In this document: positions 1-9,849 of the stretch, piece after piece
Layout of the letters: the number at the start of each line of letters is the position of its first letter
How positions within the stretch are numbered: position 1 is the stretch's first letter
IMG/VR virus record: IMGVR_UViG_3300030332_001481
Location: 259,486-323,485 of that record
Reading direction: 5' to 3' (one strand)
Length of the DNA stretch: 64,000 nt
DNA from: a virus
Lineage: Duplodnaviria > Heunggongvirae > Uroviricota > Caudoviricetes
Position numbers and translations under genes: made by a program
Notes under the pieces: generated by a model
Told to the model about the DNA's origin: nothing
Seen by the model: the letters and a program-made list of their open reading frames with translations, nothing else
Databases searched by the model: none

Positions 1-2
1 TC

Positions 3-437
3 CATGACGCCATCCTTGCCTATACCATGCAGATGTCGTGCGGACTGGCCCTGAAGCCTGAGGGGTCCATGGTCACACCTTGGCACTACCGGGAGTCTCT
101 CTACTACGACTCCAGTTTCATCCCACGCATGCCCACCAGGCACTACAACGGCCCGTTCCTCCAGTACGCCAAGGACTTGTACGAGGGGAACCAGACGGCT
201 CGGGTGGGCTGGGACGAAGAGAGCGTGTGGCTGTGTAAAGCCTCAGAGGTCTCGGTAGAGGAATGGGCGGCCATTCTGTACGAGGACGAACTCATCTTCG
301 ATGACGACGAAGAAGACGAATACTGGCTTGTCCTATACATAGAGGACAACCCACACCTGGAGTGGGTAAAGCCCACGCGAAAACTTAGCCAACCTCCGAG
401 AGGATCCCGTGGCAGATCACAAAATGCGAGAAATTGA
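3..437 (+). CDS. hypothetical protein, probably 5'-truncated by the window edge
   Basis: Frame is open from position 3 through the listed ATG at 27 and overlaps the start of the next gene. Confidence 0.6.
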   Translation, partial: HDAILAYTMQMSCGLALKPEGSMVTPWHYRESLYYDSSFIPRMPTRHYNGPFLQYAKDLYEGNQTARVGWDEESVWLCKASEVSVEEWAAILYEDELIFDDDEEDEYWLVLYIEDNPHLEWVKPTRKLSQPPRGSRGRSQNARN

Positions 438-2679
438 AGCCCCGCTAGCCGAATGGTGGGAGGACGACGGGTACTGGAATATCGTACCGGATTCGAAGGG
501 TAGTCTTTACCTCATTCGAACAGAATCACCGCTGTGGTGGCCGAGCCAGCAGTTTTGGGGGGTTGATGCTGAGGGTGTGTTGCGAGCCTCAAACGGGAAT
601 GAAGACTATAACTACGGTTTCGGCGTGGGGGGCAATGGAGGCACTCTCCTAGCTAAAGAACTCCAGTTCGGGTGGAAGGTGAGGAAGAGACTGCGTGACA
701 CCGTAAGTGGTTTCATCCCCTCTCCCGACGAAGAGGAAAATCTTCCTAAGATGGTAGTTGAGTTCCTCGCCAATAACTACGTTCACTTTCCGGAGTATTG
801 GAAGATGGAGACCAGGAATGATCTAGTGCTGCTGGTGGCTAAGTTGAGGGGCCCCAGTACAGACGCCGTTATCAGGCCACTCGGCCTGCCCGCATCGCCA
901 GGAGGCATTTACCCTGAGGTTGCTGATGACTCAAAAGACTACCTAGATGACCTGCCTCTGGGAGACGGGTACTTCCTGGTCTCTGTGCCGATGAAAACCA
1001 AGGGCATAGCGGGGTACCGAAATTACCCGCTTATCACCAAGTCTCGTGTTTCTCTGCCGAACAAGATTACGGGTAATGGATGGCAAGGCGAGTGGGAAGT
1101 AATCCAGGGAAGTAACCTCAAACAACGCACTCCGGGGGCTTCCTTAGTGACATTTCGCCCGTCCAAGGACAAAGAGGGCACAGTCCTCTACGACTTTTTC
1201 TTCGAGATCTCCAAGGAGGCTGAACGTGACTTTGAGCAGGCAGCCATTATAGCCCTGACATATGCGTTTGAGGGACTGAATAAGTACGGTCAGGTAGATA
1301 TCGAAGGCCGTGAGGGCTACCTGGAGCGCTTCCGTGCGTGTTGGAGCGTGGAGAACTGGATGGAGTCAGAGAAGGATCGTGAGAAGGAAGCGCTTCGAGC
1401 CAAGGCCAAGGCAGTTGTGTCGGGAATGGGGACCGGAGTCCCCCAATCCAACGCTCAAGTCGAAGCTCACAAGGAGTCACGGAAAGGGAACCACAAAACC
1501 CCCTTCAACCTTCCCGTAGCTGAGGAGGAAAAACGAGTAGCGTACATCCACGAGATCGTATCAAGCCCCGACTTTCACACAATAGACTCCAGCCTAAGAA
1601 GAGGTGAAGTTCCCCCTGACCTTGTAGGTGCAAAGGCGGACACTCTTCGTCACTTCATTGGGTACACCCGGCAGTACTACCAGGAGTTGGATTATTCATT
1701 TGAGGTTCAAACTGCGATTAATCTACTGACTTGGATGCAGTGGGTCGTAGAGGGTAGGCACTGGGATCATACCATTGACTTGGCACATGAGGTAGAAGAA
1801 GGCCTTGCCTGTCGCCGTTACGACATGCAGGATTTGATCTCACGTGTAGCAGAGGGATACACCCTACCTTCCAGCTTTGTTGTTGGCTGGGCCCAATACG
1901 ATGGCGAGACTATCCTCCAGACAGTGGAGAAGTTGCTCACCGACTTTGATCGGAAGGACTTCAAGATCTACGGCTTTTCTTTTTCAGACGACGAGTGCGT
2001 CGAAGTAGGGAGCAGACTAGAACTTCTGCGTGATTTCCTTACTACTCACTCACCTCGACAAGGCCCCCTACCCGAGCTGTACCAGGCGTACGTCGAGAGC
2101 AAACATCTTGGCCTGGACCTTGTCAATCCTCTACCCGACAACGGGCTCATGGGTGCTAAGTACGACGCGGAGGATGGGTACGACGCGGAAGATGAGTACC
2201 CCATGGACGACGAGTACGACGCGGAAGATGAGTACCCCATGGACGACGAGTACGACTCAGAAGACGAATACGCCGCGGAGGAGCTGAGCCCTGCTGTAAA
2301 GGGGTTGAGGTTGGCAGCCTCCAACCAGTTCGGTCACCTGGCGGTAGACCTACTAGCGGCGGGGGCAGAGAAGGCAGACTGGATTCGTGCTGCAAGGGCA
2401 GTAGAGAAGGGCCGAGGTCACCTCCCCCTCATCAGCGCGGTGCTGGTATCGGTGGGGATGTACTCCGCAAAGGAGACGATTCCCTCCTACGTGCAGGAGC
2501 TGCTCGACGGTGTCATCACCTCTGGAACCTACGACCTACTGAAGGGTAAGCTCCAGGGCCTCCGCGAACCGCTCAAGAAGGTAGAAGAGGCTGCGGCGCT
2601 ACTGCTACCAGAGAGCACTGTAAACTCATACGTGACTGAGCAAGCTCAGGAAGCCGCGGAAGCAGAGACTGTCGTATGA
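409..2679 (+). CDS. hypothetical protein (756 aa), paralog of 2855..4351, with an acidic hexapeptide repeat
   Basis: Long ORF; C-terminal half aligns by eye with the 2855..4351 product. Confidence 0.8.
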   Translation: MADHKMREIEAPLAEWWEDDGYWNIVPDSKGSLYLIRTESPLWWPSQQFWGVDAEGVLRASNGNEDYNYGFGVGGNGGTLLAKELQFGWKVRKRLRDTVSGFIPSPDEEENLPKMVVEFLANNYVHFPEYWKMETRNDLVLLVAKLRGPSTDAVIRPLGLPASPGGIYPEVADDSKDYLDDLPLGDGYFLVSVPMKTKGIAGYRNYPLITKSRVSLPNKITGNGWQGEWEVIQGSNLKQRTPGASLVTFRPSKDKEGTVLYDFFFEISKEAERDFEQAAIIALTYAFEGLNKYGQVDIEGREGYLERFRACWSVENWMESEKDREKEALRAKAKAVVSGMGTGVPQSNAQVEAHKESRKGNHKTPFNLPVAEEEKRVAYIHEIVSSPDFHTIDSSLRRGEVPPDLVGAKADTLRHFIGYTRQYYQELDYSFEVQTAINLLTWMQWVVEGRHWDHTIDLAHEVEEGLACRRYDMQDLISRVAEGYTLPSSFVVGWAQYDGETILQTVEKLLTDFDRKDFKIYGFSFSDDECVEVGSRLELLRDFLTTHSPRQGPLPELYQAYVESKHLGLDLVNPLPDNGLMGAKYDAEDGYDAEDEYPMDDEYDAEDEYPMDDEYDSEDEYAAEELSPAVKGLRLAASNQFGHLAVDLLAAGAEKADWIRAARAVEKGRGHLPLISAVLVSVGMYSAKETIPSYVQELLDGVITSGTYDLLKGKLQGLREPLKKVEEAAALLLPESTVNSYVTEQAQEAAEAETVV
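2161..2286 (+). repeat. in-frame 18-bp tandem repeat (about 7 units; YDAEDE/YPMDDE alternating)
   Basis: tacgacgcggaagatgag and taccccatggacgacgag units are directly visible. Confidence 0.9.
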
Positions 2680-2858
2680 CGCTGGCAAACACAGACCTGG
2701 AAGACGTCGATAATGTCCTGCAGGACGTCGAGACCCTTCACCTCGACCTCAGCATGGGCCACACGGTCGACATCGAAGAGGTCAAGGAGAGAGTGGCAGA
2801 CCTATACGCAGCTATCCAGTTCCTTCGAACGGATAAGATGATGAGGTCACTCAAATGA
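2676..2858 (+). CDS. small hypothetical protein
   Basis: ATGA overlaps with both neighbouring genes. Confidence 0.7.
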   Translation: MTLANTDLEDVDNVLQDVETLHLDLSMGHTVDIEEVKERVADLYAAIQFLRTDKMMRSLK

Positions 2859-4351
2859 CCAAGCCACACGTGGTTGAGCTGGATACCAGATCCTTCTCCA
2901 AGGAATTCCGTTCGAAGCTGTGGAAAACTGGACTGGTTGACGAGGAGCCTGAGCCGGAGTTCCGAAGGACCATATTATCCGACGAAGAGTCTGAACCTGA
3001 GAATCGGAGGTCCATAAAAGTAGACGTATCCAATGTAAAGGACCTAAAGGCCTTCATTGAAAAAGTAGGGCAGGCTTTTACTGACCTCGGGCCCGCGTCG
3101 ATTCCTTCCGACGAGGAAGATCCCACGGAGGGGGTTACCTTTACCAATGTCAGCAAAGAACAGTTCCTGGAACGCTTTGGCAAGAAAGCAAAGGACCCTT
3201 GGGACGACTCTGTGAAGGAGTTGGACCCCGGAGGGAAAGAAGAGCGAAAGAAGTTCTTCATAGACCTAGCGAGCATGCGCAACTTGCAGGCTATTGAGTC
3301 TGCCCTCAAGAAGGGTGATATACCTAAATCCTTCCTGGATATGGCCTGGCGTGGGGAGGCGAGAGAACTCAACTACCTAGCCAGCTACTTGCTCCTGTAC
3401 TACCGACAAAAGCAGCAACACCAAACTCCCAACGAGAACGATGATGAAACGGAAGCTGTTTCCCTCCTAACCAAGATTCAGTACGTTACCGAGGGTAGAG
3501 CGGGAGAAGCGGACCTCTGCGAGGTGTTCAGCCTACTCGATGCGGTGCATGATCGCTTCGCCCCGAGCCTGAGGAAACCCGTCTACGATCTTGGCGAAGT
3601 GCTCCATGATCTGAGCGAAGGTCGTGTACCCGCTCTCTTCGTCAAGGGTAGGCGGGTCGGAGACTCGGACGGGGTCCGAGAAACCATTGACAAGCTACTG
3701 GTTGGCTTTCACAACAACAAGTCGTTCACGGACTACTACGGTGTTGCCCTAGACACCGAAGAAAAGTACAACCGAGCAGAGTCCTTCCTAGAGCAGATGA
3801 GAGATAGGTTCCCAGAGATGAGTGAACAGCGACGGTCAATTTACGACGACGTAACGTACGCAGCAGAGAACACAGAAATGGAAGAGTCGGAAATGAAAGA
3901 GACACTCGGTCAGCGAATCAAGAGCAGCACGAAGAGTTCGGGTCGAGCCGCCATCCGTGGTGGTGTCATGGCAGGCATCCACGAGGCTGGAGAGGTCATC
4001 CTGGACCTCGGCAAGCACGTGCTGGGCGACGTGCCCATGCTAGACATCATGCTTGACCACCCTGATGGTCGGGAGGCGCTGAAGGCTTTCACAGCCTACC
4101 TGGTGTCGGTGAACTCACCCATGTTCGCCGCGTTCGTACCTGGCGTCTCCGCGACTCAGTTGCAGCAGGTGGCCGACATGGTCATCGAGAACAGCACCTA
4201 CGAGCTAGCCAAGCCGCGTCTCGCCTACATCCGAGAGTCCATGCTGAAGCTCGGGGAGGCCAGCAAGCTTCTTTCGGCCGTGGCGACGGATGACGACGGT
4301 GACCCCTTCGTCAGTGTAAAGGACTCGATCCCAAACGTCACCGTGGGGTGA
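2855..4351 (+). CDS. hypothetical protein (498 aa), paralog of 409..2679
   Basis: Long ORF, translationally coupled; shares blocks with 409..2679. Confidence 0.8.
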   Translation: MTKPHVVELDTRSFSKEFRSKLWKTGLVDEEPEPEFRRTILSDEESEPENRRSIKVDVSNVKDLKAFIEKVGQAFTDLGPASIPSDEEDPTEGVTFTNVSKEQFLERFGKKAKDPWDDSVKELDPGGKEERKKFFIDLASMRNLQAIESALKKGDIPKSFLDMAWRGEARELNYLASYLLLYYRQKQQHQTPNENDDETEAVSLLTKIQYVTEGRAGEADLCEVFSLLDAVHDRFAPSLRKPVYDLGEVLHDLSEGRVPALFVKGRRVGDSDGVRETIDKLLVGFHNNKSFTDYYGVALDTEEKYNRAESFLEQMRDRFPEMSEQRRSIYDDVTYAAENTEMEESEMKETLGQRIKSSTKSSGRAAIRGGVMAGIHEAGEVILDLGKHVLGDVPMLDIMLDHPDGREALKAFTAYLVSVNSPMFAAFVPGVSATQLQQVADMVIENSTYELAKPRLAYIRESMLKLGEASKLLSAVATDDDGDPFVSVKDSIPNVTVG

Positions 4352-4387
4352 CACCTCCGCCCTCCAGTAATAATCATCGGGCACAGC

Positions 4388-4636
4388 GTGAAGCCCTCCA
4401 AGTACTTTTTCCGCGAAATCCACAGCTGCAAAGATGTAGTGTTCCTCAGAACCAGCAGCTCTGCAGCTGTGATTTACTCCAAAGCTGAACAGCTGGGCTT
4501 GATGGCTGTATACGAAAAAGGCGAGTCCTGTCTGTGCCTCCCTGACACAAGCACGCATCCCAAGCATTATTTGAATGGTACTCCAGGAGCGGATCGACTT
4601 CATACCCTCCTAAAACCCACATTGAATTCCAGGTAG
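4388..4636 (+). CDS. hypothetical protein
   Basis: ORF in operon orientation; start uncertain. Confidence 0.45.
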   Translation: MKPSKYFFREIHSCKDVVFLRTSSSAAVIYSKAEQLGLMAVYEKGESCLCLPDTSTHPKHYLNGTPGADRLHTLLKPTLNSR

Positions 4637-4929
4637 AGGCACCCGAATGTGTGTAAATGTTGTGCGTAACTACTTCCCGGCTACTTGATGTTTCTTGTTG
4701 ACGTTGCGGTATGGACGCGTAAATACGAATGCAGGCGCACCCGCAACAACAGGAAAATGAAGATGAGAATCGCCCACCAGTGTGGGAAGGATGCTTTGTG
4801 GCTGAAGCCCTCTCCGTGCAGCTACCGAAGAAACAATTCTAACAGAGAGGGCAACTTCAAGTTCATCTGTCCGACAGCCAAACGTGGCTGTCTTTAGCTC
4901 AGTTTACCGCTATAGTCTAATGGAGTGTT

Positions 4930-6114
4930 ATGAGTGACTTTTCCAACCCCGAAGAGATCGACAAGGTCGAGAAGAACAAGTTCCTTCACCTCTACGATCC
5001 GGAGTTCGACCCGGCGTCTCTGAATTGGTTCTCTCGTGAGATGTACGAGGCCAACCTGGATCTCACCAGCGCCGACACGACCGTGCAGGTGCTTCGTCTG
5101 CTTATCAAGATGTACTCGGTGCACGTGGTGCGGCACACCAAGCACAGCATCTACACTCGCTCCTACGAGTACAACACGGCCAACCGAGTCAAGATCGCGG
5201 AGCGAGTGGTCAAGGACATGGGGTTCAAGCTCGTGGGAGAACACCTCGATGACCACGCGTTTGCCAACGATGACATGCTCGTCCTGTTGTTTGACAACGG
5301 CTACGTGAATACCTTCAGCTACTCTCCGCTACTGAACGACGAGGTCTACGAGAAGATCAAGGACCTCTTCTACGTCCCGGAGAAGCCGGAGCCCAACACG
5401 GCTTGGACCATCGACGCCTCGGGTGGTGGGTACGAGTTCCGGAGCCACACCATCAAGGAGCGTACTCTCATCGAGGAGAACTACGATCCTGCGGTCGTGG
5501 CGCAGCTACCGAAGCTCTATGACGTGGTGGCCGGAGAGGACCCGGATGGGCGTCTGGCCGTCCTTGAGGGTCCCCCTGGCGGAGGAAAGTCGAACCTCAT
5601 TCGCGGTCTGATGAACAAGTTCCCGAACTCCAAGTTCGTGTGGGTTCCTCCATACCTCGTGCCGAACATCGCTAGCCCGTCGATGTTCTCGTCTGTTCTG
5701 CGCTTCCAGGAGCGTGACCAGCGTCCCCTCGTTCTTCTCCTTGAGGATGCGGATGAGTGTCTGAAGAGCCGCGAGGACGGGTCCACTACGAACATCAGCC
5801 AGGTCCTGAACCTTGCCGATGGTCTTTTCACCGACTCGGTGGACATTCGCCTCGTGGCGACCACGAACCTGCATAAGGTCAAGATGGACAACGCGGTCAC
5901 GCGAAACGGTCGCATGGGCTGCTACATCAGCATCAATGCCTTGAAGTGGGAGCAGGCGGAGAGGATCTACCGTCGACTCACGAACGACGAGAACGCTACG
6001 CTTCCACTCGACAAGTCGAAGCCGGTCATGCTGGCTGACGTCTACGCGGCAACCAAGGAAGTCAACAATCTGGACTGCGACGTGAACGCTCCCAAGCGGG
6101 TCGTCGGCTTCTAA
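4930..6114 (+). CDS. AAA+ ATPase
   Basis: Walker A GPPGGGKS, Walker B LLLEDAD, sensor-1 ATTN, Arg-finger region DNAVTRNGR. Confidence 0.9.
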   Translation: MSDFSNPEEIDKVEKNKFLHLYDPEFDPASLNWFSREMYEANLDLTSADTTVQVLRLLIKMYSVHVVRHTKHSIYTRSYEYNTANRVKIAERVVKDMGFKLVGEHLDDHAFANDDMLVLLFDNGYVNTFSYSPLLNDEVYEKIKDLFYVPEKPEPNTAWTIDASGGGYEFRSHTIKERTLIEENYDPAVVAQLPKLYDVVAGEDPDGRLAVLEGPPGGGKSNLIRGLMNKFPNSKFVWVPPYLVPNIASPSMFSSVLRFQERDQRPLVLLLEDADECLKSREDGSTTNISQVLNLADGLFTDSVDIRLVATTNLHKVKMDNAVTRNGRMGCYISINALKWEQAERIYRRLTNDENATLPLDKSKPVMLADVYAATKEVNNLDCDVNAPKRVVGF

Positions 6115-6139
6115 CTTCGTCGAAAACACGAGGTTATAT

Positions 6140-6172
6140 GGGGAGGGTCTTCGGATCCTCCCCTTTTCTTTT
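6140..6172 (+). terminator. intrinsic terminator
   Basis: GGGGAGGGTC-TTCG-GATCCTCCCC hairpin followed by TTTTCTTTT after the AAA gene. Confidence 0.85.
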
Positions 6173-6181
6173 GTATGAGTA

Positions 6182-6502
6182 ATGCCTACGCCACTCGACG
6201 AAGTAACTCTCCTATCTCTTGAGCACACGGCAGAGCGCTGGGACCGCGCACACAAGATTCTCATGTGTGCCAGCCTGATCACAGTGGTAGCTGCCCTTGT
6301 GTCACTGGTCCTAGCGATCACGTCGGTGTTAATGATGCCTGCGGCTCTGATGGTTTGCATCGTGAGCTGTGGGTGCGGCGCAGTTACTTCAGGACTTTGG
6401 TACTTGTGTTGGTACAAGACCACCGCTTGCTTTGCCTCCCTCAGAGAAGAGCGTCTGCGCAAGACCATGTCGGATCTGGGGTATCGTCCTTTTTCCACAT
6501 GA
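6182..6502 (+). CDS. small membrane protein (2 TM)
   Basis: Two hydrophobic segments; ATGA coupling to the next gene. Confidence 0.65.
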   Translation: MPTPLDEVTLLSLEHTAERWDRAHKILMCASLITVVAALVSLVLAITSVLMMPAALMVCIVSCGCGAVTSGLWYLCWYKTTACFASLREERLRKTMSDLGYRPFST

Positions 6503-7035
6503 AGCGTTGGGTCCCAGTCCTTCTTGCCTTGGTTCTGTTGGTGGGTGCTCCTGCCCTTGCAGCTCCGGAACTACAGCTGTCTGCAGTAGACTCCCTGTGG
6601 AGCGGAGAGATGCTGGGGTTTAGGCTTGCGCAGCCTGACGGGCGAGCTGCTCGTCGTAGATCCATCGAGGTAGACTGCTTCTCCACGGGTGGGAGGGTCT
6701 CAGCTACGGCGCAAATGCCTCAAGCAAGGGTTTGCGAGCGTGGTGACCATGCTTTCCTCGCCACGTTCGATGAAGAGGGAAGGCTCCACACATTCAGGTC
6801 CACGGCACGGACCCGGAGCCTCGTGCTCTACAACCAGGTAACCCTATCCACACTAGGGGACATCGGGCCGTCTACCGTAAACCAGGGTAGTACGCGGATC
6901 TGGGCTACCAGGACGGTCAGCGGTGAAAGGTGGACGATAGTGTACCATCAGGGTGATGAGCACTTGTTCACTTTTCACACCCGGGACTACGTTAGAGAAG
7001 ACCAGCTGCAGGAGCTGGAGATAAGGACTGAGTAA
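6499..7035 (+). CDS. secreted hypothetical protein (probable start MKRWVPVLLAL)
   Basis: Signal peptide MKRWVPVLLALVLLVGAPALA; start overlaps the upstream stop. Confidence 0.7.
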   Translation: MKRWVPVLLALVLLVGAPALAAPELQLSAVDSLWSGEMLGFRLAQPDGRAARRRSIEVDCFSTGGRVSATAQMPQARVCERGDHAFLATFDEEGRLHTFRSTARTRSLVLYNQVTLSTLGDIGPSTVNQGSTRIWATRTVSGERWTIVYHQGDEHLFTFHTRDYVREDQLQELEIRTE

Positions 7036-7036
7036 G

Positions 7037-7360
7037 TTGGACATTCCCAAGGGTCTCAAGCTGTTTCATTGTAACACTGTGAGCGGTAAGCTCACCCCTC
7101 TGGCCTGCGGTAAGCGGTCTCTGCGCGCTGACTCCATCGACATGGAGAAGAAACTGAGCCAGGACAGCCAGTCCTACGTCATGTGCCGGGACTGTAAAGT
7201 GGGCAGGAAGAACTCGGCTCTCGTTGCCGAAAAGGACCGTGACGTGACGTTTCGGTCACGCACACTAGGGCTGGCCAACCAGGCCCGGGACGAAAGTATG
7301 GCCAAGAAGGCTAAGCGGGAGAAGAACAATGTTCGGAACAAAGCTGAAGTACACGGTTGA
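7037..7360 (+). CDS. hypothetical protein with Cys motifs
   Basis: ORF in a tight operon; CRDC motif. Confidence 0.6.
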   Translation: MDIPKGLKLFHCNTVSGKLTPLACGKRSLRADSIDMEKKLSQDSQSYVMCRDCKVGRKNSALVAEKDRDVTFRSRTLGLANQARDESMAKKAKREKNNVRNKAEVHG

Positions 7361-7643
7361 CGCTGCTCAGCAGTTTCAGCTGTACAGCGGGTACTACACT
7401 GTAGTGGTGTGGGCTGAGAAGATATCCCTGGGCCAGCGTATCCTGAACTTCGTGTTTGGGACCAACCGGTCAACAGAGCGGCATCAGCAGATCTGGATCG
7501 GTTCCCCGGGCACCACATGGGCTCGCGTGAATCGTGGTACGACGAGTCACACCCCATGTCCGTTCGAACTTCGTAAGCAGCTCAACGGAGCAGTGAAGGC
7601 ATTCGTCAACGATCCACGGTCTATGTACCAGGTGTACGCGTGA
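7329..7643 (+). CDS. hypothetical protein
   Basis: Overlapping operon gene. Confidence 0.65.
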   Translation: MFGTKLKYTVDAAQQFQLYSGYYTVVVWAEKISLGQRILNFVFGTNRSTERHQQIWIGSPGTTWARVNRGTTSHTPCPFELRKQLNGAVKAFVNDPRSMYQVYA

Positions 7644-7855
7644 GTGAGCGTGAGGTAAGCGACGAAGAGCTGGCCTTCCACAATCACTACGTCAAGCCGT
7701 TATTGAAAGAAGCCCAGAGGCAAGCGGAAAGCGCAAAGCCTCCGACACTGCCCTCTCCGTCCAAGCCCGTTGAAGAGATGACCCCTGAAGAGTTCCAGGC
7801 TCACTACCAGGAAATCTTGAGGGTCCAAGCGGAACATCGACAAGGAAACTCATGA
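7640..7855 (+). CDS. small hypothetical protein
   Basis: GTGA/ATGA coupling on both sides. Confidence 0.65.
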   Translation: MSEREVSDEELAFHNHYVKPLLKEAQRQAESAKPPTLPSPSKPVEEMTPEEFQAHYQEILRVQAEHRQGNS

Positions 7856-8226
7856 AAAAGTCAGACTACATTGAACAGATCTTCCATCCACGGCTAATGC
7901 TGTCCTCACCCATTCCCATCGAGATCTCCGGGTACGAGGGTGACTTCTACGGTAAGTGGACGGAAGGAAACATCGAAGCCGAGGGCAAGACCGAGGATGA
8001 CCTCCGCAAGGACTTCCAGACGGCTATCGTGGAGACCTACCTCAAGCTGCGTGACAAGGTGTACAAGGCCAAGCGTACCACCGACGAGGAAGAGAAGCAG
8101 TGGGAGGTTCTCTCGTACTTCATCGTAGAGGCAGTGCAGCATGGTGCACCGACGGATGAGCGGTCGTCAAATGTCTATGCTCCCGTCACACCTGACGGGA
8201 AGAAGGCCGGGCCGTTCTTCGGCTGA
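7852..8226 (+). CDS. hypothetical protein, possible HicB-like fold
   Basis: FYGKWTEGNIEAEGKTEDDLRKDFQTAI resembles the HicB N-terminal beta-beta-beta-alpha pattern. Confidence 0.55.
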   Translation: MKKSDYIEQIFHPRLMLSSPIPIEISGYEGDFYGKWTEGNIEAEGKTEDDLRKDFQTAIVETYLKLRDKVYKAKRTTDEEEKQWEVLSYFIVEAVQHGAPTDERSSNVYAPVTPDGKKAGPFFG

Positions 8227-8240
8227 GCGCTGCTTTCAAG

Positions 8241-8279
8241 AAGAAAAGGCGAGTAGGATTCCTACTCGCCTTTTCTTTT
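8241..8279. terminator. bidirectional intrinsic terminator
   Basis: AAGAAAAGGCGAGTAGG-ATT-CCTACTCGCCTTTTCTT between convergent genes. Confidence 0.85.
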
Positions 8280-8893
8280 CACTCCTCTTCGTCTTCGTCT
8301 TCGTTGGCGTCGTGCCTCTCTGACTTTACCGCTGGAGGGGCTTCTTGATCATCCATGAAGGTATCGAATGCGGGCGCGTGATCCGTCCGCTCGCCCTCTT
8401 GCACCTCACGGACGCGCTCCTCCGCATACTCATTTAGTGACTCAGGAAGCTCTAAGAGACGACGGTACGTGTCGTGCAGTTGGTCGAGACTTTCGTCCTC
8501 CTCTGTCCACGGTTTTGGTACCTTGCGGCTGGGACGACTTGTCTCATCGGCGCACTCCTTCTCTTTAGGGGATTCCTCAGGAAGGTTTTTTCCTTGATTG
8601 ACAGCACTGTCACTCGACAAGCCCCCCGATTCTAGGCGCTTCTTGATGTTCTGCACAGCGTTGATGGCCGCCCGCGACTTGTCAATGATGAGCCTGAGCT
8701 TGGCTGCTGCGGGTCCACCCTCGTCCTTGTTGACAAGCTCCTGAAAGACCTTGTCCCCTGCGTCACAAGCCTTTGTGAGCGCGTCCAATGTCGACTCTAC
8801 ATCTTGGTAGGACTTGTCGATGGACACCGTATGGCTCTTGCTGGCCATCTCATAGGCAGTTCGAAGAATGCGTCGGGCTGTAGAGCACTTCAT
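8279..8893 (-). CDS. hypothetical protein, possible virion/head protein
   Basis: Basic amphipathic N-terminus (RRILRTA) like the head-operon proteins; preceded by TTATCT-N7-ATG. Confidence 0.7.
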   Translation of the reverse strand: MKCSTARRILRTAYEMASKSHTVSIDKSYQDVESTLDALTKACDAGDKVFQELVNKDEGGPAAAKLRLIIDKSRAAINAVQNIKKRLESGGLSSDSAVNQGKNLPEESPKEKECADETSRPSRKVPKPWTEEDESLDQLHDTYRRLLELPESLNEYAEERVREVQEGERTDHAPAFDTFMDDQEAPPAVKSERHDANEDEDEEE

Positions 8894-8900
8894 GGCTTCA

Positions 8901-8906
8901 AGATAA
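8901..8906 (-). promoter_or_regulatory. putative phage -10-like element TTATCT, 7 nt before ATG (leaderless)
   Basis: Same hexamer and spacing recur at 48838..48843 and 63666..63671. Confidence 0.5.
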
Positions 8907-9049
8907 TCCCTTTGACTGCCTTCTCATTCTGAGCGGGCAGGGGTGTTATTTGGCGGTTATGGACCACTACCTACATAACTGCCAATACGGCGATATTACA
9001 GCTCCAACGGAGGACAGGTCTAACTCCAGCAACCCCGTAAAGTAGCCAA

Positions 9050-9469
9050 ATGGGGAACGACGCTATGCGTCACTTCACTACCCAAGGACACGTAATGATG
9101 GCCAAGGAAACTAGGCAACTAGAATCCCTCATTGACGATATCGAGGATGTTTGGGATTCAATCTACCCGGGTGCACGGCTTGTCGTTTCATCACCCGATG
9201 GACACCATGTATCCCCAGCAGAAGACCTACAAACAGTACTTGCTACATTTAACAAGGAAGCAGAGGCAAGAGCGTACAGTGTTGCTTCTCAGCACGTTGA
9301 AAGATTGGCAGAGGAGCTGCGCTGTGTGCTAAAGGAGCGTGACGAGGCAATCACTGCCCTCAGAGAGATCAAGTTCGCATTGGAAGAGAAATCCCACTCT
9401 GAGGATGATGAGGCTAAACGCCTTCACACCATCCGGAAATGGGCTAACTACGTACTCGAAAGTGAATAA
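9050..9469 (+). CDS. hypothetical coiled-coil protein
   Basis: ORF with TAATG coupling to the next gene. Confidence 0.7.
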   Translation: MGNDAMRHFTTQGHVMMAKETRQLESLIDDIEDVWDSIYPGARLVVSSPDGHHVSPAEDLQTVLATFNKEAEARAYSVASQHVERLAEELRCVLKERDEAITALREIKFALEEKSHSEDDEAKRLHTIRKWANYVLESE

Positions 9470-9849
9470 TGATTTCCTATCTCTCTTGGGTAGTGCTCTA
9501 CCAACATGAATCCGAAGATGAGTGGGTCGGCCACTGCGTAGATATGGACGTGGTCTCTACCGGTACCAGCCCCGAACAAGCGCTTGAAAGCGTCACTGAG
9601 GAGGTTCAGACTACGGTAGAGATGGATGTGAGCCTTGGATGCAACCCCCTCGTGCGAGGGAAGGCGCCCAATCTCATCCTGGATCTGCTGCGTACTGCTA
9701 TTGACGAAGGGGCCACGCTGTCGCATCCTCGCGAGCTACAGGAAGTGGACGTCTCCGGGGTGTACGCTTACCCCCTAGTGACGCGAGTGGCCGGAGGTGA
9801 GCCTCCACAGGGCTTCTGGATGGAAGAGATCTGGTTACCAGCTGAGTGA
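9469..9849 (+). CDS. HicB-like antitoxin domain protein
   Basis: EWVGHCVDMDVVSTGTSPEQALESVTEEV matches the HicB-family motif. Confidence 0.65.
   Translation: MISYLSWVVLYQHESEDEWVGHCVDMDVVSTGTSPEQALESVTEEVQTTVEMDVSLGCNPLVRGKAPNLILDLLRTAIDEGATLSHPRELQEVDVSGVYAYPLVTRVAGGEPPQGFWMEEIWLPAE

Noticed and set aside
2161-2286. Short repeats as a possible CRISPR array
   Set aside because: The 18-bp units are contiguous with no unique spacers and lie in frame within a CDS.
5506-6498. 330-aa minus-strand ORF
   Set aside because: It is antisense to the AAA ATPase and crosses its terminator; no recognisable motifs.
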